Of a stretch of 64,000 bases of DNA, positions 1 to 64,000 are shown one piece after another. The DNA is taken from positions 2,356,001 through 2,420,000 of the forward strand of contig CM035355.1 in the NCBI GenBank assembly GCA_020137815.1, given 5' to 3'. The notes below the pieces were generated by a model. It was not told the DNA's origin. It saw only the letters and a list, made by a program, of their open reading frames with translations, and did not search any database. Each line of letters starts with the position of its first letter. The first letter of the stretch is position 1. The translations under genes were made by a program, and so were the position numbers. This DNA is from Hormiphora californensis (lineage: Eukaryota > Animalia > Ctenophora).

Positions 1-475
1 AAACAAGTACAAGTTTTGAATTTTGTTTCTGCACTGTTCAAAATACGGCGCGCGCCTTTTGAACGCGCAAATAAAAAACGCGCGATAAGTTTTGTGAATT
101 TGTAAGGAATTACGAATTGGCTGCCGACTCGGAAATACAGTTTTTCCTAAGATAAACGTAAGACAAATTAAAACAAACCATTAATTCTTCAATAACTCAT
201 AGAAACCTATATTCAATTAATCTTGAATAGAACGCGAAGTGGTTTTTGTAATGTTGCTGGAACCGTTCAGTGTCAATGTATTATACGTCTGCAGCATTGG
301 TCAAGTTTATAAAAGATACGGTACGTGCTATGTGGTTTTGAGTTGGGAAACTTTCTCTCCAGCAGATAAGATATCTGCTTATGGCCATGGTTTTCGCATC
401 GTTAACAAGCAAACTTTGTTAGTCGATCCACCCATGCTCATTCAGCAAGATTGAGAGAGAGAAAGAGAGAGAAAA

Positions 476-547
<72 letters not shown>

Positions 548-686
548 TAAAACGCGTGAGAGTGATCATCTTTCTTGCACGATCAAGATATTGATGTGAA
601 TTCTTATGCAGCAAAGGTTAAACAAAGTAAACTACAGTAAATGATCAAGAGAGAGGTGTGTAAATTAGAAATACACTGTGTGCAAC

Positions 687-1831
687 ATGCCTTGTCTGCT
701 GTTCCTCCTACTAAATGTTGCTGTCAGTGCTGCCTCAGGGGAAGATGATGATGGCCTGATACAATGCTACAAGTGCAGTGATGTGTGGTATAGTGGCTCT
801 GGAAGCTACCAACTCTCTAATGGTTTGTGTTGTTTCTCAGCTCCATCTGTCATTCCAATTTTGGGTGTGATTTTTGGATGTGATTTTTGGATTTTTATGG
901 TGCTACGTATTTACACCGACACGATATTGCGCCCTAAAATTCCGAACTGTGTAAAGTCTAAATAACTGAATAACCATTCCAATTACAGCTGCGGTTGCTC
1001 CAGTGACTTGGCGGGGTGATGGTAGATGTGGTGAGGACTACCCCTTGGAGAGTGGTAACAGCACAATACCGGGGGAGTGCAACCCAGATCAGGGTATGAG
1101 GTGTTGTAGTGCAGATGGGTGGTGTGGGAGGTCATCTAAACACTGCTGTGCTGAGTGCAATGATTATACACGATCCTTCGGTAAGTACCTGTCTGGCAGA
1201 CCCGACCCGATCTGAGCACACAAAACGAGGTCTGGCACCGCCAAACTCCTTAGTGCTTTTTTATTCACTGTTATTTCACTCCCATCTTGAATCCATGTAT
1301 CATTGTATCGTGGTTTTTATTTTGACCCTATTGTTACCAGGTGATTTTGATTTACCCGCTTGTCACTACCTGGAAGGTAGCTGGATAACTGGACAGTGTG
1401 CCGTGGGTGAAGTGTGCCTAAAGGCCAAGATCTCGTAAGTCAAAATTATACCTCTTCACGTGCCCTAATACCCTCAAAACCGTGACTGTAATGGCCGAAT
1501 TGAATACGAAACATTATCAATGGCTGACATGTTTTGTATCCAAATTCCAAAAACTCATGATTCACTGATCACCTGACCACACAGGAAAAACACGACAATT
1601 CCCGGTGTAATGGAGCACACAACAATCAGAAGATGCGCTGAACCAGTTACCATGGAAACCGATACCCGGAACCTGATTTGCGAGAGATACGAGGCTGCTG
1701 GGTATACCTGTCGAGAAGGGTGGGAGTGTGATGGGGAGGACATGTGTAATGAAGCGACGAGGCTCCAGTGTTTATTGGGAGCGGTGGTAGGACTCATTAC
1801 AGCGTGGTTTATCATATGGCTGGTTCTGTGA
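687..1831 (+). CDS. Secreted/GPI-anchored Ly6/uPAR (three-finger, quiver-like) protein with an inserted hevein/chitin-binding-like module; exons 687-822, 989-1180, 1341-1434, 1585-1831
   Basis: GT-AG introns with consistent phases (1,1,2). Signal peptide MPCLLFLLLNVAVSA, then IQCYKC start, C-terminal CDGEDMCN and a hydrophobic tail, typical of LU domains. Exon 2 encodes DGRCG...CCSADGWCGRSSKHC (hevein-like). Confidence 0.75.
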
Positions 1832-2266
1832 GACCTTGGTTACCATAGCAACCACTCATTGTTCTGTGGGAGCTTGGTTACCATAGCAACCAAGATCATA
1901 GTCACGTGGTCCTAGGTTACCATAGCAACCATGGTGCGAGAGGCCCACACCCCTTTTAGCAGCCCCAACCAAGCTAAAGCTAAAGCGATAGGTTCAGGTC
2001 CGAATAGGTCTTGATGAACATGGAAATTCTGTTTCTATATTTTCGTTGAATTGATCAGTCAATTATGTGTGAATTTTATATGCTAAATTGCGTAAAACAC
2101 GTTGGTTTTTGGGTCTGAAAAAGCTTACAGTTGTAAGCCAAAATTAAAAACACCACTTCATAACATTGAGAGAGGGAGAAGGGTTCAAAAGTGTCTATTT
2201 CACTTTACTGTTATTGTTGTAACTTAAATCTTGAGAGAGTTCTTCGATTGTTCGCCATCTTCCTCT

Positions 2267-7709
<5,443 letters not shown>

Positions 7710-8390
7710 CTGAAACAGAGAAGAGTTCTTAGAAGTAACCATGGTAACCTTTGCTTGGTTACTGAAATAGAGAAGAGTTCTTAGAAGTTACCGCAGTACT
7801 ATCAGTTCGTTTGTCGGCTCCTCTCCCCCTCTCTCACGCCCCCTAACGTTAGTCGTTAGATACTACACTGCCGAAATCCTATGAGCCGCCCTCCCCCGGA
7901 CAATATAGTACATTTAGACCTCGATTTACCGGGCAAAACCCATCCCCCGGGGCATCCCGGTAAATGGAGGTCCGACAATAGTTAAACCTCGATTTACCGT
8001 TCTCGGGGAATGAATAAATAGACAGTATATCGAGGCACACGGTAAATAGAAATATCATTTCAAACAAAATGCTAAAACTAGGGGGAATTTAACCGTCCGG
8101 TAAATTGAGGTCACACTAAATCGAGGTCCGATAAATCGAGGTCACACTAAACAGAGGGTCCGGTAAATTGAGGTCCGATAAATCGAGGTTTGACTGTACA
8201 TACAGACCAATCATAAAGGCCATATCCTCAGGAGTTCTAGTATCTAGGGATACATATTCTTACCTGCACTCTCCTTAAATAACTACTTGCTATACTAAAT
8301 TGTAAATAAATGTTGTTATTTGTTACAGTAACGAACTGTTATTTCTAACCATGTTAACTGTTATTTCCTACCCTTCTTTAATTAACTTAC

Positions 8391-56149
<47,759 letters not shown>

Positions 56150-56334
56150 GATCTATGTTTCACCACGCGTAACCAAGATCGTAACAAACTAAAATGAGCT
56201 CTAAGCTGTCTACTCACCCTCCCCCCTCTTATGCCCCAAACCACCTCCCAGCTGGCCCATTTCTCCACTCGATCAGTACAGTGTGACAGATGCTATAGTA
56301 AATCAATTCACAAACGAGGGGTACGAGGGAGAGG

Positions 56335-56368
<34 letters not shown>

Positions 56369-56826
56369 GAGAGAGAGAGAGTGAGAATGAGTGACCGCCT
56401 AGTAGCGGTTAACTTAATCCGTGTACAACAATAGATGTGTCGCGCTTAGTAAAGATGAGCCTCTTGTTGTTCTCCCCCCCCGCTATTCCTTTCATTCTAA
56501 TTTCCTGACACGCTAACACAACTCACACCACAACTAACTCCACCCCCCTAGCACCACCTGGAGTTGAATGAGTTCAAATAAATTGTTTATCGCGTGGTGT
56601 ACTGAATAACAGTGTCCGTCTTTATCAGAGGCAATTATTAATTTCTGTGCCGAAAAGGGGCAAGAACTGAGTTACCGGAAGTCAAAGGAAGGTCATAGAC
56701 ATGGTTGTCGGTCAAATAGTCAGTCACGAAACTTCAATTTGTAAAATTGTCAACTGTCATCAAGTCAATAAGTCATTTACAAAAATAAAATCAAACCTAA
56801 TAAAAACAATCCCAAATATCTCTCCT

Positions 56827-59800
56827 CTACTCAAATCTTTCATACCCATCATTTCTTCGTAACCCTGGGGGTGCCGTTGCCGGTCTGGCTCTCTGCAGCT
56901 CCGAATCTGAAAATGCTCTCTCCCTTGTACTCGGTGGTCTGGGTAGGTTGGGTGGCCGACTGCTGGGCGGTCTACTGACACCAGTACTGTTCCTACTGGT
57001 GGGTCTACTGGCCCTGCTGGCTGCCCGAGATTCCATCACGTCATCCCTGGCAGCCTGGGCGTGCCAGAAGTACCAGATGAAGAAGGGAACGGGCAGGACC
57101 ATCAGTATTATTGAGGCTGTCTTTATGAGAATCTCCCCAACTCCCAGGTTGGTTTTCTGAAATAGAAATGAGGAGATAGTTAAATTTTGGTTTTAAGTAG
57201 CAACTCGGATAAAAATTAGGATATTATTCAAAAGTTGGAACACCCTTGATAGAAGTTCAAGAGTTAATAATATATGCTTAGCAAAAACAATCGACTGATA
57301 CAGGCGAATCTTAAACTCACTTTAAACCAAGTTTTGCTTCCCTTCATGCCCTTGTATCCCTCCTGTTTGCATCCTACATATCTCATGTAGTGAGGTAGCT
57401 CTATAACTGACACAGTCAGCCCTGAGATCAGAATGGCGAACAGAACAAATGGGATAAACCATTTCAATAAAAACTTCCTGGGTGAGGAGAAAAACTGTCA
57501 ATGTTTTTACATGTCCATCATCCAAACAATAGTATCTATTTTTAGTTAGCTCAGTGAATTGTAATTCATTGGTAAAGAAGATAGACTCAGCTACTACACT
57601 ACACGGTCTACGTAGGCCAATTGTAGTGAATCATTCTTACCAGACATCGTTCATTTTTAGCCCCGTTCTTCTTTGTAACTCCTCATCCAACCTATCAATC
57701 CCATACATCCACGACACATACGTCACCTCTATCATCGCCTAAACGGGACATGAGAACAATTGGGACACGAGATTAATATCTCATTGCGGGGTCGGGTTTA
57801 GCAACCCCAGCCCATCATAAGACCGGGCCTTTTTGAGCGATCGGAATGGATATATTACACTCACTAGATTAAAGTTTCGTAGAAGACTAGAAGACCAGTT
57901 TATGCTCAAGGCCTCAAATTTAGTCAGAAAATATATGCTACTCACCAGAACTGCAATGATAACACTGCCAGTACCATCAAGCTCTTCAAACATGTAGACC
58001 CCATTGCCCATGACAAACGGTAGTCCACTTAGGGCTGATAGAAGAATGACAATCATGACGAGGGTGGTGTAGGGGATATACGCAAAGCCTCCTACTTCCA
58101 TTAAACAGAGGGCTATTGCGTTCACCTGGTAGGAGAGAGGGGGTGAGTAGGAATGTCAAATCATAGATTTTTGTAATAATAAAAAGTTGCAGATTTACCG
58201 GGCATACCCTTTTCCCCGAGCATCCCGGTAAATCGGGGTCCGACTGTATATATTTTCAGTACCTGACCGTACATAGAGTCCAGTGTTATCATAACAAGAG
58301 ATAGGTAAAAGAGGAAACTCCACAGGTTAGGCAGGTATAGGTGGGAGAATATGTCTGCAAAGGCGGTAAACACAATACTAGCCCCTCGTGATGCAAACAT
58401 CTCCTCCTTGGGTCGACCTGCAGGAACACGTTGGGGATAGGATAATAGAGGTTAGATCTACCAATGTTTGTGTTTATGAAGGAGCACTTTCGCGGAAAGA
58501 TTTATGAAGGAGCAGGTGTAACTTACGTTTGGTAACCATGTGATGGCCAATAATAGCGTACAGGATCAACCCACTAAGCAGGGACATCAGCATATTACAG
58601 AACCCGATTAGAAGTGCCTCAAATGTGGGATAACCGACGTTTTTTGAGCGAGCTTTGAACGTCATGAGAATACCAATAGTTACACCACATGTGTTTAGAA
58701 TCTGATGGAAATACTAAATTAATGAAAGGTCAAATCTTAGGTGGAGTATTTTACAGTAAAGGCAGATGTGAAAAGGGCTGGGAGCTCAAACAAGCTTGTG
58801 ATCTGGGGTAGGGGAACTACTAGATCACACTTTACCTGTCCAACAGTATCCAGCAGGAGTATTGGGAAGGAAACTTTGAAGACACTCTCCGGATTGGGAG
58901 TCATGAAGGCCTGGAGGCCCGTTAAGGCCCCGTCCAGGGTGAGGACCCCAAAAAGCAGGACGGGAAGGATGATCAGAGGAATGGTGACCGTGAAGTAGGA
59001 TATATACGCTGCAGGGGGATGGGTGTTAGTGAGACAGTGTTAGCATGATACTAGACCACCTTGGCTGAGCGGAGTACATGAGAAATGGTCAGCTTCACGC
59101 CTGATAGCCAGGGAAAGGGAGGTTTTTATTCGGAATGATATAAACCATTGTATAAGATCAATGAATAAATTAATTAGTGAAGGGAATTAAAGCGGTAATA
59201 TGTAACAATATTGCAAGCTATGTAATTACCTCCGATTCGAAGACCACGTAGAAGGCAAAGGAAGGTTAGAAGCCATGTAACCATGTAGCAGATCACTAGA
59301 TGGGTCTGGTGGGTGGGTTTGGTATCTAGCATACCAGTTGAAACGTTCAAAACATTCTGGAACCTGAGCGAGAGGAGTTGCAACAGGATTCAGTTTCACA
59401 CAGAAGTCACAACCTCCCCCCCCCTCCCCCTTTCCCTCGCTCTACTCCACACACAACCAAATAATATAGATATCTCTAAACGGTTATCAGTTGCTGAACT
59501 GCATTTAGTTTTTTGCACGTACGTTTTCTCTCAGATCTGGTTACCGCCTACCGCATTTAGAGGTGCAATATGTCACTATACCTACCAGAGCATCGGCCTG
59601 AGAATGAATTACCTACCAGTGGTAAGTGGATGAATCCTCGATGCAGCACTCAGAGAGGATATTACCAACCGGCACACACGTGTTCCATGGGAGAGTCCAA
59701 CTGAGTGGGATTAATTAGATTCCAATCAATGAGTTGGGGGAGGGCTGGGGAGTGGGTTGGGAGTCAGAGTGCGTGGGAGAGTTACTGTTGGGATTGAGTT

Positions 59801-61198
59801 GAGATAAGGGGATAGTTGGGGAATGGGATTAGAGCTGGGATCCCTTTATATTTCACCTGAAGCTCATCCACATGTAGTAGAGGGCCCACACCATGATCAT
59901 GGGCTGGTAGATGAGAAGCAGAAAGGAGAGCAGCAAGTGGGATACCCCAATACCAGATGCCCTTGCGTCCATCCTCCAGAACGCCTTCAGAGCTCCTGAA
60001 ATGTAGGATTGTTATTAGTAATTGGATGCAATTATAAACAAAATAGAGGTGGTCACCAAAATTTGTAGCACGATGTCTGAGCTCTCTCCTCGCTCCACTC
60101 ACACTCACAGGAGTGAAGCAAGAATCAGTGCGATGCCTGACAAGTATTATAGTTACCAAGCTTGAAGCGGGCCCCAATGATAATCTCCAGGTAGATGATT
60201 GGAATACCAATAGACAGGGTAAAGATAATGTAAATCAAGATGAACACTCCACCTGGTAGGAAGGAATTATATGAGACACTCTCAGCACTGTCAGTGCCAA
60301 TGACAAACGGTCATAAAAATAAATCTGCTCTGTCATTTTCAAGAACGATCAAAAACTTAGTGTCAGACTTCGAACAAAGTAGCAAATATAAACTCACTGT
60401 CATGACCCAAAATGGTGTAGGGGAATCTCCAGATTTCCTTAGCACTGATAACCGCCGCCAACACAGAAAATATGTACTGGAGAGAGGTGGAACTGGGTTA
60501 GAAATATAATGGAGACGATGAAAAGATGCAGTTGTATTTGCTTAAAAACTGAGCATTTAGAAAATTCCTGAGATTTAGAAAACGCCTATAAACTGATTCA
60601 ACCTTTGTCCTTGGAGCATATCAACTGACAACTACTGACCTGAGAGTAGTTAGCGAAGGAGGGTTTGAACTGTCTCTCGTAAGTATTCTCCGTTCCAGCA
60701 TCGGATGTTAATCCTTGACTGAAGTTACTACCTGTAGCAGCGCCTCCCAGACCTGAACCTACCCTGAATTGAAATAGGGAACGTGATTCAACTGTCAGGT
60801 GAAGTTGAACTCGTCAAAATTCTGTGGACTGTCTGATTTTGATTCTCAAAACAGTGTGGGCCAATATGAAGGAGTACAACTGTGACCCCGAACAACTATC
60901 ACCCTAAGTATTTCTACATCCCTAATTCTATTGGTATCGAAGACACCTCACACTTCGCGCGCCGGCAAGGGAGGGGTAACTTCGTTACCAACTAATTCTA
61001 CTGACCTAGACCCGCCTCTAGACCCCTAATTCTACTGACCTAGACCCGCCTCTAGCTCCCTAATTCTACTGACCTAGACCCGCCTCTCGAGGAAGTTCCT
61101 GCTCCACGACGACCCCCAGATGCCTCGGACACACCAGTACCCCCATACTGGGCCTCATTGGTGGACCCTAGGGTCAACCATCCATCTTCCGAGGCCAT
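56827..61198 (-). CDS. SLC6 / sodium:neurotransmitter symporter family member, divergent, multi-exon
   Basis: Spliced exons give IWRFPY..GVFILIY..GIPIIYLEIIIG, TLPWNTC, SYFTVTIP..LGVLTLDGALTGLQAFMTP, NMLMSLLSGLILYAIIG, GASIVFTAFADIFSHLYLPNLWSFLF..ITLDSMYG and WMYGIDR; stop at 56827. Confidence 0.85.
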
Positions 61199-61596
61199 GG
61201 TTTATTGCAACCCCTGTAATGTGATGTGTGTTTTATCGGGGGTTACTAAGGGTACTAAAGTCGGATTTTTTGAAGTTATCACCCCCCTTTTCGTTCGCGG
61301 AATGTTTTTGCGTCAAAATTGATAAATTTCACATGCACGGTCATTTGGGGGTGACAACTTCAAAAATCCGACTTTACAGGGTGGTCCATAAGTTGAGGCC
61401 GGGGACGAGAAGTACATCCGAGAAGGTGATAGCTGTACAAACAAACAAGGGGTGGAGGGGTTACTCAACAAGTACAAACTATTATGCCAATATATCAAGT
61501 ACAAAGTACAATGCATACAAGCAAACACTAACTGATCATGTACACGGAGACTGAGAAGGGATGCAGGTGTATGAAAGTGTGAGCCATTGGCGGGAA

Positions 61597-61951
61597 ATTG
61601 GGGGTCAGAATATTGCCCTGTCCTATTGTTTTTCAAAGAGGATGGGAAATTGGGGGACAGAATATTGCCCTATCATATTGGGGGACAGAATATTGCCCTG
61701 TCCTATTGGGGGTCAGAATATTGCCCTGTCATATTGTTTTTCAAAGAGGATGGGAAATTGGGGGTCAGAATATTGCCCTGTCCTATTGTTTTTCAAAGAG
61801 GATGGGAAATTGGGGGACAGAATATTGCCCTATCATATTATTATTGGGGGACAGAATATTGCCCTGTCCTATTGGGGGACACAATATTGCCCTGTCCTAT
61901 TGGGGGACACAATATTGCCCTGTCCTATTGTTTTTCAAAGAGGATGGGAAG
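61597..61951 (+). repeat. Minisatellite built on GGGGACAGAATATTGCCCTGTCCTATT
   Basis: Read directly; explains three spurious overlapping ORFs. Confidence 0.9.
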
Positions 61952-62614
61952 TTGTATTGGCTGCCAATTTCAGGCAAATCAAAGATGGGTAGGGAGTTAT
62001 CTACATAATCGATGTTTACCTTTATTTATTAGGGAGAGTAGACAAGCTTCTTGAAGTTGAACAGCGGGTTAGGGTACGGCACAAGGTTCTTGAGTAACAG
62101 CAAATCTTGTAAACTATTCATGTACACTATTGTTCTCCAGCGGGGAGGGAGGGTCGAACAAGGCAACTCCAGGTTATAGGATTTGGACATGATTTTTGCC
62201 ATTATGTATCTAGAGGTGATATTATATGAAACATTCGGGCATTCAAAGTAGGAGTTACACAGTTTGATATGGGTACCTTAAAACAATATCTTAAATGTGG
62301 AGAAAAATAAAATAAAACATAACAGCTCACATAATTATGATAATGGCTCCTTATAAAATCGGCAGTTTCCTCACTCTCTCAGCTCTCTTACTTTACTTGT
62401 AATAAATAAATCTCACAATCACACATCTGTTCCATCTTACCCCTTGGCAGCTTGGTCATAAATCCATCTCATAATCATAATATCAATAACAACTCTCTCT
62501 TAAAACTTTAAACGAATTCTCTGTACAGCGAATACCACTCCTCACAGCCCTCAATTACACGGGCATGGCTCCCCTCAATATGATACATCAAAAAAAGCAT
62601 AAAACATCATCACA

Positions 62615-63544
62615 TCACTCCTGTTCAATATCAATCTCCGACTGGTCAACTACAACCCCAGTTCCTTCCTTCCTCGGGTCCCCTGCCGCCTCGGTGTGCC
62701 CTAACAGATTACTGACGCTGGTTACTGCGCTCATATAACTCTCCCGAGCTGTCATGTTGTAACCGATGGAGGAAAGTCCGTTTATTAGCTCTGCGTTGAC
62801 TGTCAGGTTCAGCTCTGGAGAGGGAAAAAAGGAGTTAGAAGAATTGGAGTGGTAACAATGAACATAATGAGAAGTTTTTTGGAGCTGTATTGCCATGCTA
62901 GGCAGTCTCTGGGGTCTATAGACTGTGAACATGTTAACTTTTGGAGGGTAGTACCTGAATAATCCTCGTATAAAGTAGTTCCTCCAAGCTGATCATGTAT
63001 CCGTGCTCTGGCTAGGGACTCATCTAGAGGAAGCTTCCAATCTAACGCATTGATTATTGATAATAGTGTACCTGGAAGGATGGAATAATTAGTTAAATCC
63101 GAGCGACTGCCGTCTGGTGAGAGACGAATGATTTGATCGAGTCGATATCGATTAATTCGTCGACCATGGGACCGAAAGCCGTACAAAATCAGAGTTGGCG
63201 GTAAAATTCTCTATCCAACAATTGTTGACGATGTGTGGGTTTCATGCGCGGCGCGCCCCGCGCGTACCTGTTATGATTCGGCTACCGCCAGCTGCACCCG
63301 TTACAAATCGTGCTGTTTTCTGAGAAGGAAGGAAGGTAAATTGTAAAATCTGGAACCGTTTACTCGAAACCATTTAGAAAAAAAAGATATACAACTATCG
63401 AGAGATTTCTGAGAAGAAACACAGTATCAAGTATCAACTAAATAGCTCCGCCAGGTTCTATGTTTCCACACTTACCATTTTATCAAAAACGATGCTGGGC
63501 GAAGATGAAGAAAGAGGTCGCTTTCCTGGAACTATGAAGTTCTC
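62615..63544 (-). CDS. GGT: Gamma-glutamyltranspeptidase / glutathione hydrolase, C-terminal exons (5' part not identified here, probably beyond the window)
   Basis: ENFIVPGKRPLSSSSPSIVFD, FVTGAAGGSRIITG, ARIHDQL, AAGDPRKEG: small-subunit motifs across four in-phase exons. Confidence 0.88.
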
Positions 63545-63775
63545 CTGAAATAGGATTTTAGGAATAGTTAACTTATTGGATAGGGGTAGGTGTGTCATTT
63601 TATGTGACGTTCCGCCCTATAGACGTGTTGAATAGAGATGGAAACTGGGGGCCACGGTAACTTCGTTTTATCCGTGGTGTATGTATACAGCCCAGAACAG
63701 ACTATACAGCTGTACACAAGCGTAACGCCCTGCTTTAGCCGTACACATTAGCACGTGGCTAACTGGAAACTGGAG

Positions 63776-63809
<34 letters not shown>

Positions 63810-63810
63810 C

Positions 63811-63845
<35 letters not shown>

Positions 63846-64000
63846 CCTCTGCCAACTAAAACTAAGGCTCTCTAAATGCTTCCAATTTGTATCGAAAACA
63901 AACTCCTACTTCAGGGGAAGGTATCTTGCTACATGTATGGAAATTGAGAGCGTTCAGTTCATCAGCGAATAGCTGAAGATCAACTAACAAGATTCTGTAC

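Noticed and set aside
61561-62054. Three overlapping 136-155-aa ORFs
   Set aside because: Products of a minisatellite.

Overview
Intron-rich animal genomic DNA, most likely from a ctenophore (Pleurobrachia-like). That call rests on my recollection of the short palindromic MITE at 5501-5609 and is unverified. Host genes: a GPI-type Ly6/uPAR protein with an inserted hevein-like exon (687-1831 +); a very large secreted mosaic gene on the minus strand (signal peptide, Kazal, many Cys-rich GCC2_GCC3-type repeats, F-type lectin; 56149 to about 8391, probably continuing through kringle/PAN/ricin-B exons to 2267); a cationic amino-acid transporter (SLC7) and a galactose-binding-like ORF, both nested antisense in its introns; an atypical SLC6 transporter; and the 3' part of a gamma-glutamyltranspeptidase. 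Main discovery: a roughly 27-kb mobile element (18042-44986) sitting in a (GA)n microsatellite inside one intron of the big gene. It has 25-bp terminal inverted repeats and arrays of a 15-bp motif (TACCCATAGTYGTAT) at both ends and internally. I assembled by hand a 16-exon, about 1050-aa tyrosine recombinase that is invisible in the ORF track, with R-K-R-H-Y catalytic motifs, two zinc fingers and a 34x11-aa repeat. A spliced chromodomain gene lies upstream of it, along with a multi-kb hairpin/tandem array. This looks like a giant, intron-rich, microsatellite-targeting Crypton-like YR transposon carrying an accessory gene. One YR splice junction (exon 10/11) is uncertain, and no database search was possible.
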